A stretch of 64,000 bases of DNA. It comes from a virus. The first letter of the stretch is position 1, and every line of letters begins with the position of its first letter. The stretch spans positions 64,001 to 128,000 of the IMG/VR virus record IMGVR_UViG_3300030117_007501; one strand, 5' to 3'. The translations under genes and the position numbers were made by a program. Of the stretch, positions 36,628 through 51,000 are shown in pieces. The notes under the pieces were generated by a model. That model searched no databases and was not told the DNA's origin. It was given only the letters and a program-made list of their open reading frames with translations.

Positions 36628-37838
36628 TGTCAGGAGCAATAGAAAGCGGAGCAAAAACCCCACGTCCTCTGGCACCGGGAACAACGAACGCCACAACAAG
36701 AAAATCAGGAAAAACTAGAGCCCCAATAGGTACACGTCCAGGGCACTCTAGAATTGTGGACGCCCAAGTTGAAACTCAGAGAATGGCAAAACGAGCTTAT
36801 GAAAGCCGGACAGAGACAGCTCAGTACCCATGGGCACAAGTTTATTTCGCAAGACTGTTGAAGGTTGAAGAGGTGTCGACAATATTGGGAAACAACCTTT
36901 ATAAGAAATTATATAATCAAGTAATTCACTCATCAGCTCAAGACATACAGTTACTTGAGGTGGTGGGAGGTGTTGATTTCGAGCATGCTTGTTATAACGC
37001 ACCAGAAAACATCTACGTCAACAGTGAAGACTGGCAACATGCCCAAGCTCAAGAGCGCTGTGCGGTAGGTAAATTTGCTAAATTCTACGCGATAACGAAC
37101 GATTCACAACTGCCAGTTGTGGGTAGCTCAATACAGATTGAGTGGACGGACTTCAGTCCGAAAGTAACAGGGATAATTCGTGATTTTGCATCCGACACGG
37201 GCATGCCCGGTGGCCCAGCATCATCCCCTTCTCCGATGGGTTCATTTTCTGGGGGAACAGTTAGAAATCTCGGCGCCGCCCCGCTTGACAATACACCGCC
37301 AGTCAATGAGGCGATGCCTCTAACAGACAATTTTAAATTTAAAGACTTCCGATGTAAAGATGGTACCCCCGTGCCTGATAAATACAAAGACAGAATTAAA
37401 GAATTGGCAACTCAATTGGAGATATTAAGAGCTGAACTGGATGGTAGAAAAATGGTTATAATATCAGCGTATAGAACAAAGAACTACAATGACAAGCTTA
37501 GAATCAAAGACGGTAAAGAAGCCGGAGTATACACAAGTCAGCATATAAAATGCAGAGCAGCGGATATTGTCGTTCCCGGCCGAAGCCCTCAACAAGTGCA
37601 TGCAAGATTATTATACCTCATAAAGCAGGGAAAAATAAAAGAAGGTGGTGTAGGAATTTATGATAAGTTTGTACACTACGATACAAGAGGGGTAAAAGCT
37701 CGCTGGGATGAGAGAACTACGAAACCGACAGGACATAAGTCGATTAAGGATGGAGGCAGAGCGCCCCTGCAATCGGAATCACCAGAGGGCAAAGAAGATT
37801 CGGATACGTTTGAGCCTTTAAATAACTTGAACGATTAG
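36627..37838 (+). CDS. Putative baseplate hub protein with a C-terminal peptidase M15 domain
   Basis: LTDNF..DFRCKDG, ISAYRT, SQHIKCRAAD and FVHYDTRG; position upstream of baseplate genes. Confidence 0.75.
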   Translation: MSGAIESGAKTPRPLAPGTTNATTRKSGKTRAPIGTRPGHSRIVDAQVETQRMAKRAYESRTETAQYPWAQVYFARLLKVEEVSTILGNNLYKKLYNQVIHSSAQDIQLLEVVGGVDFEHACYNAPENIYVNSEDWQHAQAQERCAVGKFAKFYAITNDSQLPVVGSSIQIEWTDFSPKVTGIIRDFASDTGMPGGPASSPSPMGSFSGGTVRNLGAAPLDNTPPVNEAMPLTDNFKFKDFRCKDGTPVPDKYKDRIKELATQLEILRAELDGRKMVIISAYRTKNYNDKLRIKDGKEAGVYTSQHIKCRAADIVVPGRSPQQVHARLLYLIKQGKIKEGGVGIYDKFVHYDTRGVKARWDERTTKPTGHKSIKDGGRAPLQSESPEGKEDSDTFEPLNNLND

Positions 37839-37849
37839 AAGAGGTTGAT

Positions 37850-39019
37850 ATGGCTAAGAAAAAGACAGGACTAGCTCTTGGGGACAAGGATGGAATAGAA
37901 ACCAAGGGTATATGTTATGATAAGAAGAAGGAAGAAGTTCCTCTCTATAACGCTAGGAAAGGCGACTATGTTATAACAGGCGAAACTGACAAGGGTGTCA
38001 ACAACAACGCATGGATAGTTTTGGGCAGAGATAGATTAAACGATGCATGTTCAGGCTATGGTGGAATTGGGCACTCTAGTTCGGGTGCAATAGATATAGT
38101 CGTAGGCAGAATGACACCAGTCCCAATGAGTGTCATGGGCGAGGGAAGCAAAAAAGAAAAGGTTTTCGTCGACCCTATGTACACCCCCATAATAGCTTCA
38201 AGCTTAGCAGGAACTAAAAAGAAAAAGGATCCTGCCAGAAGCGGACAAGCAATTACTGTGGATGCCGGCTCTGCAGCTGTAGGGGGAGAAGATTACGAAG
38301 AGATTGGTGAAGTTGGTACACCACAGGAAGACTCAGAACATGTTCAGAGTTGTTCCGAAAAAGGTATATTTTTCGACGCCGCGCGTATTTATATAAGCCA
38401 GAAGGCTGACATAGATCATTATTTTGGATTAGTCGAAGCAGGAGCTATTCCTTCTCCCGGAAGAGGGGTGGCACCCAGATCTGCAATAGCTATGAAGGCT
38501 GATGGCGTTAGGATAATTGCGCGAGAAGGCATTAAGTTGGTTACGATGGGCAATCACGGCACACCAGGCGGCACAGGCACCTACAATTCTAATGGAAAAA
38601 AGATAAATGCAGTGCAAGGAATTGCGCTTGTGGCAGGAAACGGCAAGGATCAGAACGGCTTGCCTGTCAAGCAGCACCCCATTGTTCTAGGTACTGCTCT
38701 CTGTGCAGCATTGCATGAACTGGGATCAGAGTTGGCAAAATTGGCAGGTGTCGTCGCCAAACAGGGTGAGTTGAACAGTAAGATGTACACTGCTTTGATG
38801 CATCACACTCACGGAGAAACAGCCCTCGGCGCAGTTACTCTCCTGTCTCCATCCGCAACTATGGGAGGCGCTCAGGCTATTACTGAAAATATCACTTTTG
38901 TCCAGTCTTCAGTGATAGGTATGCAAGCGAATCTTTCGACATGGGCTACCTCGCAAACCGGTGGTGGAAAAGGGGGCCCGGGCGCCAAAATTTGCAGCAA
39001 TTGGAATACGGTAAACTAA
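37850..39019 (+). CDS. Putative baseplate central spike (gp5-C/gpV-like)
   Basis: IVLGRDR, RIYISQ and ADGVRIIAREGIKL beta repeats, PIVLG, HTH tip motif; genomic context. Confidence 0.55.
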   Translation: MAKKKTGLALGDKDGIETKGICYDKKKEEVPLYNARKGDYVITGETDKGVNNNAWIVLGRDRLNDACSGYGGIGHSSSGAIDIVVGRMTPVPMSVMGEGSKKEKVFVDPMYTPIIASSLAGTKKKKDPARSGQAITVDAGSAAVGGEDYEEIGEVGTPQEDSEHVQSCSEKGIFFDAARIYISQKADIDHYFGLVEAGAIPSPGRGVAPRSAIAMKADGVRIIAREGIKLVTMGNHGTPGGTGTYNSNGKKINAVQGIALVAGNGKDQNGLPVKQHPIVLGTALCAALHELGSELAKLAGVVAKQGELNSKMYTALMHHTHGETALGAVTLLSPSATMGGAQAITENITFVQSSVIGMQANLSTWATSQTGGGKGGPGAKICSNWNTVN

Positions 39020-39020
39020 T

Positions 39021-42000
39021 ATGGCTAACATGAAAATACGAATTGTAAAAGGAGAAGTTTCAGCATCTGCCCTGAGAGCGTATTATTATGGCACATCAGT
39101 TGAAACCAGACAGCAAGACGAAGATCAGGGCATCAACACTATATCTCCCGGAGATGTATACACTTTTGAGTTCAAGTATAATGACATCGGCAAAGGAGAA
39201 TATAAGCTAGGCTACTCCGGAAAGGAGATGCTGGCGATAAAAGAATTTTTAGCCTCGGTGGTTGATCCAAGCACGTACAGGATAGAAGATAGGGGAATTT
39301 TCGGAGCCCGAAGAACAAGGGTAGCTTCAAGCGACGCAGAGGCGGCAACAGATAGGAATTCCCCTATATCGATGAGAGACGGATTTACTTTCGATGAAAA
39401 GACTCAAGCAGCCCTAACAATATGGCAAATGAACAACAGTGCCAGTATAAGAGAGTACGGAATTACTCATTTGGGTTGGACACGGGACGCAGACAGCCAT
39501 TACAGTGAAGAAATAGGCAGCTTTGGGCTAGCTTCATTTGCTATAGCTCACGGCTGGTCTCAGGGTAGAAAACATTTTTATGATGAGGGGTTTGGATCCC
39601 CGCCGAGCAAGGTTGACGCGGCAACAGAGCAGATAAGAGAAGCAATATCTCCAAACCCCCCTTCATCACCAAGCCGCCTACATATGGCTGCAACCCGAGT
39701 CGCTGATGTAATCCATGAGGCTGTCCCCAAAGACAACGAAGGTAGAGCAATTGAAACTGGGGAGCTGACAAAGGAACAACATCAGCAGCACGCACTATCA
39801 GAGTTGTCGACTCCAGAGCCTAGCGGCAATCAAGCGCCATGGGAAGATCCGTCCGGAAAGAGAATAGGCGTATTCGTTGATACTGATTTTACTTTAGAAA
39901 ATCCTCCTTCTTTTTCTTATGAGGAGGACATGATATCTTATCTTCTAATGAAGGAGCGTGAAGCGCTCGAGAAGGTGTTCGATCATTATGGAAAGGCAAG
40001 CACTTGGCCATTCCCGATAGGTAGAATGGTGAACGAAGAAGAGCCTACAATGTCCGCTTGGTATGATATAGAAGCCATGCCGGAAGCTATAAATGTCACT
40101 ATAGACGAAACTCCAGCCGGCGCCATGCGCTATGATCAATTTGAAGCGCGCTACTCTTGGGCACTTCGACAAGGTGCCGCAGCGAGAGGTAGAATACCTT
40201 TAGTGTGGGCGGAGGCAGGAGTTGTAATTACGCCGAAAGAGTGGAGGCTGGGCTTAGCAGCAACGCCAGATTTACCAGAAGAAGATAGATCGTCACAGCA
40301 CTTTACCGACATTGACGTTGTTGTTAGAGAAGTTTTTCGCGCTCCAAAAGCTCGTCCGGGTGATGTGTATAGGCTTCAGTTCTGGGTTAACAAAGGGATA
40401 TTGCGAGAAGGAGCATCATCAGGGGGAACTAGGTTTACACCAGCTGATGTTATAACTGCTGCAGTTGTTAATTACGAAAAGGCAGCTGGGGCAATTGATG
40501 CTGCCGGAGAGTTTCTGGAAAACCCTGGCGCTGCAGTAGAAGCATGGGTTGGAAAAGCCGAAGACAGAATAAATAAATCTGTCGACGCAGCTGAAGATTA
40601 TGTTCGCTCTAATCTGAGGTATGCTGATCAAAACAAGAAGAAGGTGGCAAGAAACGTTTGGAAGAAGTGGAGAGAAGACACCAGACGAAGGCAGGCGGAT
40701 CAAAGGTATGCTAGTGCCGAAGCCCGCGCTGCACAGATATTGGAAGCTAGAAAAAAGTCCGGCTTCCCAACTCCCTCTCACGTAACATATGAAGCTAGAA
40801 CATTCAAAAAGCACATAGAGGCTGTCGCCTCTAAGATGGATGAGTTTCAGAAAGAGTTGGTAGAGTGGCAAAAAGCCTCAGTTAAAAATGTAAAAACATC
40901 AGGAGGTTCGTTTGTTCCGGTGTTGGATTTGTCGGTGGAGGCTCAAAACTTACGAGACTGCATACCAGCTTTCGAAAGAATATTGGGAAGGAACGGATTC
41001 AAACTAAGAGACAAGTTTGGAGAATATATAAAAGTCTCCTACGTACCAGACAAAGATGAGACGTCCGCGAAAAACGTGCTAGGGGCATTGATAGCTACCA
41101 TGTCCTTTGTTCCTAGGAAGGGTGAAGGTGTTTTTGGTACTAGATCTGCATCAGCTTTTGTGGGAGGGGATTACCAGACAGACGAAGAAAGCGAAAAGAT
41201 GACAATCCGCGTGAAAGCAGGCGCTAGAGAGTTCGACTCGCACATAGAAGCAAAAAGTTTAGAAGACATATCTGATCCCGCCATCGTGAATAGGAGAAAT
41301 AGTCTCTATTCTAAACTTAAGCACCCCTTCAACAACCCAAGAACTCTGGCATACCTGATGCAGCTAGAGGAGATGTACAACTACATCAATAAGCCTGCCG
41401 ACTGGGGGAGCGACTGTAATGATGTTTTAATGCCAAAGTCCATTCCTTTTGCCATGCAGTTTACATATCCTCTACCTGGTATCAAGCCAAGAACTCCAGA
41501 TAACTATGGGAAGCCAAAGGAAGGGCCCGATTCGTTTGACAAGGCAGCGCTGCAAGTTGATGGTTCAATGCTTAAGATGATGGGCGAGATAAAGACTGCA
41601 AGTCAAGCTGTTTCGGAAAAGATAGCCATATCAGAGGAAGAAAAAGACGCTCTCCTAAAGGTGGAGCAGGGCAAGGTATATGACATAAACGATTTGCTGC
41701 CTCTCGGCGAATTGTGCACATGGGAAGAAATACAGCAAAAGGTGTTGAAAAAGTTTGACTTCAAAATGATGTTGTGTGAGTGGGCACAGTGTTTAGCTAT
41801 CCCCTGGCCTATTGAGTTTGATTGGGATTTGAACTTTGACTTCGACTGGCCAAAGATTCCAACATTTGATTTATACATGTTGTATCCTATAATTGTAGCA
41901 AATCTCCTAGAGATGCTGATAAGACTTCTTTGTACAATAATTATGAAGCTGTTGGATATGATAAGGTTGCCGAATTGTGATGACTTGTTCGACGCTGCAT

Positions 42001-45000
42001 TGTACGGCATATCGTCTATAGCAAACGCAGTAGAGGAGTACCACAACCAAAAGGACGGAGAAGGGGGTATTGTACTCTTTAATGCAACTTCCGGAGTTAA
42101 TCCTATAAATGCTGAATTTTTGAAACTGATAAAGGCGCAAACTCCCGGACAAGCAGAGGCTCAAAAAAGATTCATACAAAACTTGGCAGACTTTGGAGTA
42201 TCTGCAGAATACATGGAAGACAATAATCTTGACGGTGAAACTGTCTCGGCTCTTTTCGAAGATGTATCGAGAATTTTGACTCCTACAGAACTTTGTGCTC
42301 TTTTGCAGGGAGCGCTTAACCACGAAACAGTAGAGTTGGTAAGAAGTCTAATAATATCAACCCAGCCGTCATTAGCATCCTTTTTCAGAAATGATACAGC
42401 GGTATCTCAGTTCTTCTCCTCTCTTGGAGGCTTATTGGGGCAAGAGATATGCGATATTGTCAGTAGAGCCCCCGCCGAAGCGATGTCTTCCGGAAGGTGC
42501 GATGACGGCACTAACTTGAGAGACTACTTGGCAGCTGGCGGTGCCGACGCTCAACAGATAGCTAACGCACTAGCTATAGCCAAAGCAGAGGCAGATAGAA
42601 GATTGGCAGTCGCCAACTCACTAGCAAGTTCAAATCCGCTGGATGGTGTTGTACCAAAAAATGTAGTAGATTTTTCAGATCCTAATGCTGTTATTTCAGA
42701 TATACCACCTGCTTTAATGAATCAACTGTCAAATGGGGTATCATCTATAATAGGAACAGTCAAGGGAACGTATTTGCAGGAAATAACAAGATATGTCCCA
42801 TCTCTATATGATACTGACTCCCGAGCAATGAATTTTCTAGATCCTGAATTTAACATATTTTTTAGAATTCAGGCGGAAATAGCAATGAAGATATTAATGG
42901 ACTTTGAAAGTCAAACTCCCAAACTGCTCTCCGATATGCCGCTACCTAAGTGGGAGGCTAGAAATTCTCTGTACACCACATACAGATACAATTTTGAAGG
43001 ATTCCAGAGGCAATTGATTCCGATGCCATTTTCTTCGCCACCCTATCGAATTGAGTATAAGGAAACAGTAATTGAAGTTCCAAACGCTTTTGAAACGAGT
43101 GGCTTGCCTGGTTCGAGCTATCGAAGTCTAGAAGACTGGCTTCAGCAGAGTAATCTCATGTCTGACGAGGGCAGTCCAATGGGGCAATTTGTGCTAAGAA
43201 CAGTGTTGGATGACGAGGAGGGAGTAATACTAGAAGAAGACACCTCAGTCCAAGAGCATCCAGAACTGGGCCCAAAGCTTATATCTGCAACTATGTTATC
43301 GAAAACTGAGCCACAAGACGGTTCCATATTGTTTGGCGATGATGACTGGCAATATACAACTAAATATGGAAAAGTTAAGTCCGCTAGCGATATTGCAAAC
43401 ATACAATTGGCGGCAGACGGACGCTACGGTGAAGCAGGTGAACCAACTGCCGTTGCTGACTTTATTAAAGAAGTTATGGATGATGTAAAATCTCGACTAA
43501 ATGAGCTTCAAATGCATATAATGAGAGATTTGGAGGTTAACCATAAGCAAAGGGTGGAGTCTAATATTGCACCGGATGTCAGGAGATTGATATTAAAGGA
43601 AGAAGAAATAAAGAGAGAACAGCTACCAGCAACTCTAGAGAGAATTTACGGGCCCGCCGCTGAGGTATCCAACTTGGAGCATTTTTATGCGGATGAGGAA
43701 GGGTTCAGGATGATGATCCCAGAAGTCGTGGACAACGAAGGCACTTCTTATGATGCAGATATAACCTATATAGAATATCCCGCAGACTCTCAAAATAGGA
43801 ACGTAGTCTCAACGGTTATTCGAGATAACGTCGTACTTAAAAACAGTCAGCAGGACGCTGCGACAATTATAAGAGTTGACGAGTGCGATGAATCTATTAT
43901 CGAGCTAATAAGAGAAGATTATCCCGATAATACACCTTCTTTGTTTGAAGATTTCACTATTCCTCCGGGCAAAAATCAGCGTCCCGAGTCTTTATTTCAC
44001 CTAACAAAGAAGAATTTTGAATTAGATTATCAAAGATACGGGCTCAATAAGCCAGACATGCTCGAAAGAGGTTCGAATGCTTTTCCATTGTTTCACGACT
44101 ATGTGTATACTGGCTTGTATAAGCATATGCAAGAAGTCATTTTCGAGAAAGTTTTTGATCAACTAGCTTCAAGTCCAATGTTTGATCCGGAAGAGTTGAG
44201 AAAGATAGATAATAGACTCAGAGGAAAGGCAGAGATAAGCCCAGAGGGTTGTTTGAGGTTGTCTGAAGGCTTAATGAATTTTGATAGGTTAATAAAGAAT
44301 GCCACAGACATGGTGAGAGAGGAGTTTAAGAAACCTGAAAACGCACTAGCAAATAGAGATTATTCAGATCCAGGCCCGTTTGAACAAGGTGTTTTAACCG
44401 CCTTAGTTAGCTTGATGGTGGATGTCCTATTGGTTGAGATAGCCATGAGAGGCGGCGTAGCCTTTTCAACCTACAGTACGGAAAAACTCTTAAATGATAC
44501 TGTGTTCAGGGAGTACATTCTCAAGTTTATCGATTCAAGCGTACTCGATATATCGAGAATGGGATTCGATTACGGATCCGCCTATGATGTCTTTTATAAA
44601 AAATTGGGATCCCTGTCTGGTATGCCTGTTGGCACCGATAGTCAAAGGAGAGCAGCATTATTGGAGTTCTTGGCTCTTAAGCTGTGGAATGCGGACAATA
44701 CATCGTCGGTTAGAGAAACCAGCCTTACTGACGAGGGTGTTGCTATAGCGCAAAGAATAGATAAGGCATTTGGCACAAAAACAGATACTTTCTCCCTGGA
44801 CGATAGCTTTAAGATTGTTCCCGTTTCTAGATGGATACCAAAAACTGATCAATTGTGGCAGAAATATAGAAACTTTTCGCACACAATGCCCTCCGCGACC
44901 CTGGAAATAACTAGGTATGATAATACACCCCCAAACCTAATTGAAACAGAACAAGAGTTCCTCTTGTCGCCGATAAAGCTTCCCCATCTTGATGATGTTA

Positions 45001-48000
45001 AGAAGAAGGGAAGATTTTATATTGAGAATTATATAAGAATCATCGGGCCCGGCGCTAGCAGTCTTGAGGGTGATGAGTTTAAGTTTGGGCAAGAGTTCCA
45101 AGAATTTAGAAGGACTTTGAGAGAACAGATATTCATTGCATCATTGGGCAGTCCTCACTTGGCATCGTTTGGCCAGGTAGACTTCCAGTTGGATCGCTTC
45201 GAAGCACAGGTGGAGAGAACCAACACCGCTGTAGGCGAAATAGAAGATAGGCTTGAAGAGCTTGAGGTTATGGAGCCGGTACGTATAGCCGATGACGATA
45301 ATTATTTAACCGTAGATCCTCCAACTGCTCCCGTGGGACAATCGCAGGAATTGGTTAATTCAACTGAGTTGGTTGATTTTATCCGAGCTTCATATCACGA
45401 AGGCTTCGATAAAGAGATGTGTGATATTGTTGGAGCTATATATTCGGACAACCCTCTAGATCCGTGTTACATGTCTCCAAAATCAAATTATCGATTTCCA
45501 ACAAGGCTTATTAAGAAAAGAAGAAAGTTTTTAAAAATACGCCCAAACAACTCATCGACATATAATCTCGGCCCTGCAGATGTTGCCGTAGAGGACGGTT
45601 CCCACATAAGCTTATTTATGCAGGCTCATCAATACAAGGAAGATAATTCCCGATGGGGCGTGCAGGATTCTAACAACAATTCTCCATGGGAATATTATTC
45701 TGTTCCTGCAAATGTATGTGAAATATCAAAAAACTACAGAAACATAGATAACCCGGAAGAAGACACATTTGTCAATATCTTGAATCAGTTTGCACCAGTC
45801 GAAGGCGAAGATCCACGTGCCCCGAGCGATAGGGCGGATATAATTATATCTCTAGAGGTAAAGGATATGGTGGATAAAATATATGCTCTAGAGCCTCTCG
45901 AAATGCCAGAATTTCCAGATAGGGATCATTACAACGGAGGTGAGGCGATAGTTTCATCGATGATGAATCAGTTCACTCCGATAGGAAGAGTCCGCCTGGT
46001 GACTGGTGGTAAAGTGGGGTATAGATATCCATACCGCCCTTCGGAGGTAAACGACAAAGAAACATACCCTAGGCTTAAGAGCGGACTAACAATAAAGAAA
46101 GTACAACTTTTAGATGATGAAGCTATCCCGTATGAGGTGGACGGCGAGACTGAGTGGCATCCACTCGATCCAGATGCGCCATGGATACGTGCAGGTTGGG
46201 GTGACGTCCTCGATCAAGAACGGTTTGGAGGTAGATCTTTCCATAATCTGGGCAAGTTAACGGAAGAAAGATTCGAATATCACAAAGAAAGAGGGCACTT
46301 AATAGAAAACTCTCCGGAAACACCGGGCTTGGGACGTCCAAAGGGCATATATGAAGAGTGGACAGAGTATGTGATAGATCACGAAATGTATGTCTTCGAT
46401 CATCCGGGAGAAAGTTGGCACCACCCAGATGAAATGCCGGCACTGACGTCATTGGTGATGTCTAAGATAGCGCAGTTTACTGCTATCGACGAAAACACCG
46501 GCCGCCCTAACGTCCTCGGGCGGTCTGTTTTCGCTCCAAGTATGTATAGTGGCCAAAACAGAGGCCTGCGCGCTCCACGTGAACAATGGTCCAGGCAAAA
46601 CAGGCCAAGTCGATACCGTGCTGATGAACATGCCGCAGTGATGAGGGCTTGCGATCACGAAAATCCGGGCACTCATTATCCAAGAGTGTACTCCACGACG
46701 TTCACTGCACCTAGGAACACGCGTACCATGGAACGAAATTTCAACGACACCGGCACGGCGAGCCCTGTCTTCCTCGCGTTGGATCAATATCCGTTTGGAG
46801 GAAATCATGCCATCACAGAGCATAATTCCTTCAGGAGGCTTCCGAAAAATTCTCGCCCCGACTTGTTTAATCCGGGAGCATGGTATCCCGGTGCACACAT
46901 GAGTGATGGTCAGTGGTCAGAGGGCAGTAGTTTAATAGCTAACAGAAGCAAATCAATGTCTTTTGGATACGTATTGTCTCGCCCAATGGGACACTCAAAA
47001 GCTGGTCAAGCGCCTGCCGGCCCAGAGAATTCTCGAGAATTGAGGGCTAATCAGTACGCTGTCCCAGTAAGGATGCTTGTAACGAAAGTAGATTATAAGC
47101 AGGATATGTATGACGAACAAGGAAACGTAACAAGATCTCAGATACTACATTCAGAAAGCTTCATCAACTATGAACTCCCAGAGGCAGTAAAGGGGCTGGG
47201 GCACAATGAGGGTGAAATAGTTGAGCATGATTTTTCATCTCCTGTAAACGTACAACGAGGACAAACAGTTAAGCCTGCCTTGGCAAAAATGAATTTTGAT
47301 AGGAAAACCTCCCTGCAAAGAGGGTTGAATCAGTTGGCTTTTGAATACTGCCTAGGGGGCACCAGATCTAATTCGTTGCGAGATTCCAATAGGGCAAGGA
47401 TGTTCGCTCATTATGGCTGGCCAGCTCGCGGAGTCGTGAACCCCGAAGGCGAAGTATTCCAGAGGTTTCAAAAGAGAGTTCACGCATGGATAATGGAGCC
47501 CGACAACGAACAAGCGCCTCCAGACTCCCTTCGATGGGAGGACATCTGGCCTGACGACCCACCACCCGCTCAGCGATCGCCAAATCCTGCAAACTCCTAC
47601 TACAATGAAGCGAAGCGGGCTATGGAGCGAATTCGCGACGATAATCGAGGCTCTGGAATTCAACAATTGCGGCGCCGCGAAATGTTCGTACGAGAAAACT
47701 TGCTAAACAATCCATTACACCCAGATTATGACATCATGGGCCGGATCGGTGGTGGGATGGACGATGTTGACGGAGCCGACATAATGCACCGCCATTGGAT
47801 AACTCACATGCGCAGATTCGAGCCCGGTACGACAGCTAACATCGAATTTTTAGAGGCAATATGGAGAGGAAGATTTCAGCCCGGCAATTATGGTCCGGAC
47901 AACGACTCTAGTTATCGCGGCGGCCATTTGCCTTTCATAGGTGAAAAGATAACACTAACTAAGTTTACTGAAAATGGATTAATAGGACAAGAAGAAGATA

Positions 48001-51000
48001 ATCAAGCATCAATTGTAACATCAGAAATCAGAAACCCCTTGTGGAATCCAGATGATTTTACTGGAATGTTTGCTGATGAAATCCACATGGAGCTATTATC
48101 TATATCGGCAGACACGCATGGAATCAGGCCGTTCAGTCAGTACTATACTACTGAAGCCGCACGCACCACACGTCGTGGATTGCAGCCCGAAGAGGTATCG
48201 CACGGCCCAGCACTATCTGTTTCGAAGGTATATAGTGCTGGCGCACACCAAGAGGCAAAGCATAAGTGGTGGGGTAAAGGTAGCCCATATGACGGCGAGT
48301 ATATCTATGATCCTGATGACAGAGATGATCCTTACAAAGCAAAACTAGATAACTTGTTTTACAAAAAAAGAAGAGGAGTCCTTCTTAAACAATCGACTTT
48401 GGGCACACCATGGTTTAGGGCATTGAGTGATCCAAACGCCAACAGCCAAGAGCTTAAGGGGGAAGTTACTAGGTTTCTGGAGTCTTACGTAAATTGTAGA
48501 AGATACGAAGGTTTTTGGGGGAGGACTTCTAGTCCATGGTGGCTGTGGGGTGCACAGGGCTATTATCCAGGCGCCAGAGGCGCGGATTGGACATTGCAGA
48601 CTACAAGCCGCGATCACCTCGGAAGAGAACAAGTCAGACCCATCAATATGTCTGAGGAGCGGGGCAAATATGAGAACAGTTATAGGCTGCATCTCCAATA
48701 TGACGCTTCAGATATAGTAGCATATGTGGTGGAGAAACTATTGACTCGCCCAAACCGTGATGAACCTGCAGCCGATGAAAGCAATTGGTTTGACGGACAC
48801 AGAGGGCACTATGGAGGAAATGTAAATGTTCACCGTGGGTATGGTCCATACGAGTGGTATAGAACTACTAATAATGTTTACTCTAACCGATACGACGTCG
48901 ACCCTGAAAACGTAGCAAGGCAAGATTCCATGATGGCAATTCAGAGTTTATATACGAATGATATAGTAGCTGTCTTTAGGCAATTGGGAGATTGGAATTG
49001 TCAAGCCGTAAAACACTTCGTTAATGCATTCCCAAGGGTCCAGGGCGTACGCCGCATTGATGACGCCGATGAAGACATAAGTGAAATCGTTCAGGATTAT
49101 CTCGGCCGATCTGAGACATTTACAACCTGGCTTAGTGATATAATTCCCGAACCTCAAAAACAGCCGGGCTACAGGAAGGGCGCCAAGAACGCTGGAGCAA
49201 TGTCGATAAGCTGGGATTATCAATATAAGAGATGTTTTGACAATGATCCGACAATCCGAACCTGGCCAGATTTGTGGGATATGGTACATCTCGTTGGATA
49301 CGGCGCAGGCTGGGCATTGATGTCATACGGGGGCAACGACGGCGGCGTGCCCGATGATTCTGAACACCATAACAACATTATCATGCCTAGCCAGTGCTTT
49401 AGTTATGTGCAGGGCGACGCAAATCACCCACAAGTACTGCCGGCAGAAAATAGGCATGAATCATTTATGAGTCCGTTTAACATTGTTGTTCCGGAAATGA
49501 CAAGCACAGAAAGGATAAATTATGGACAAGAAGATTCGCCAAGAAGAGAACCATCTGCTGGTGGAGTAGGGGAAATAGTCTTTGGGGATTACCAATTTAT
49601 AGACTCACCAGACATGGCAACAGCCGATATGTGGAATTTTGAAAGCAGGAAGATGCTAGATGGGACTGGGGACAAAGAGGCGAAAATAACTGCCGCAGCG
49701 GACAATAACACACTAGCTGATGGGTTCAACATATATGCTGCAAATGCTGCGATAAACTTACTACTGAGGGCAGAACAAGAAGAGAGGTACTTTTGGTCAC
49801 AATTAAGTCAATTTGGCACTGGAGAATACAATCCAGAAGGAGAGCCTATAGGCATATTCGAAAGTTTAAATAGGAGGCTGTCAGCTGAGATGTCTAGGCG
49901 CCTTGAAGTGTTGTTTGGGGAAACAGAATACCTTGTTGGATCTAGGCTCGTGTATATAGTCCCGGAAGATACGGATCCGAATTTTGGAGATTCCGGAGAG
50001 TTTTGGACACAACACGGCGAAAACCCACAAGATGAATATAGAGATTTTACAGAAATAACTCGAGAAGAAAGAACCTGGATGGTAACTGTAGAGGATGAAT
50101 CAACTGGGCAGTGGTTTAGATCTAGGTGCATCCCACTGGCATTCAATGAAGTCCCAATAGATATGAAGTGCCACTATACTAGATTTCAGAATGAAATAGC
50201 TTCAATGAGTGCAGAAGTCCTCAGTGGACTTAAGCAAAAGCCTGAGTATAGAATGTTGTCGAAATACGCTTTCCCAGTCGAGAGGTATGCAAGCATATCT
50301 AGTATATATTCTTTGATGGCGCTCTCTCAAAGAGAACAAGTCAGAGATACTCTCAGCAATACCAAGGCTAGTATAGCAAAGCTGATGAAGCTGATGTCAG
50401 AGCGTCCACCGTTTGGAAACACGATTGAGATTATGGATGGAGGCGTTTTTAGATCTGTGTTTATGGGCTCGATGAGTCCTGATGGGCCAGTAGGCTTGCC
50501 AAGCTTCATGATGGCTAAGTTTGGAGACTTCATATCTGATTTGGCGTACAACGCAATGATGACGCCACCATGGTTGATAAGATCTTTAGCATCTGGCTTA
50601 GATCCTGCGTTCAAAGACATGAGAAAGCTAGCAATGAACCCTCAATGTAAGATAGATGGAGTCAACTGGAAGAATGTCACAAAGACAGCACTTGATAACA
50701 AGATGGTTAAGGGCGTAGATACCAAGAATAGAACCTATGCACCAGTCAGTACTGCATTTCCCGCAGATTTATTCTATCGAGGTACCCAGATATCGCCTCC
50801 GTTTGTTAATAAGAATTTCTTTAAAGCATTGGTTAAGTTCGCTAATTTTGTTGCAAAAGACAACTTGCCTCCTCCTCCGAAGATTAAAGCCGGCGCAAGA
50901 TCGGCAGACACTGCAGAATACGATAAGTTGGTGGCAAGAGTGAACGATAGATACGGAACTTTCTTGGGCCCATTGGGGCTAATCGCTCTAGGTATACCGC

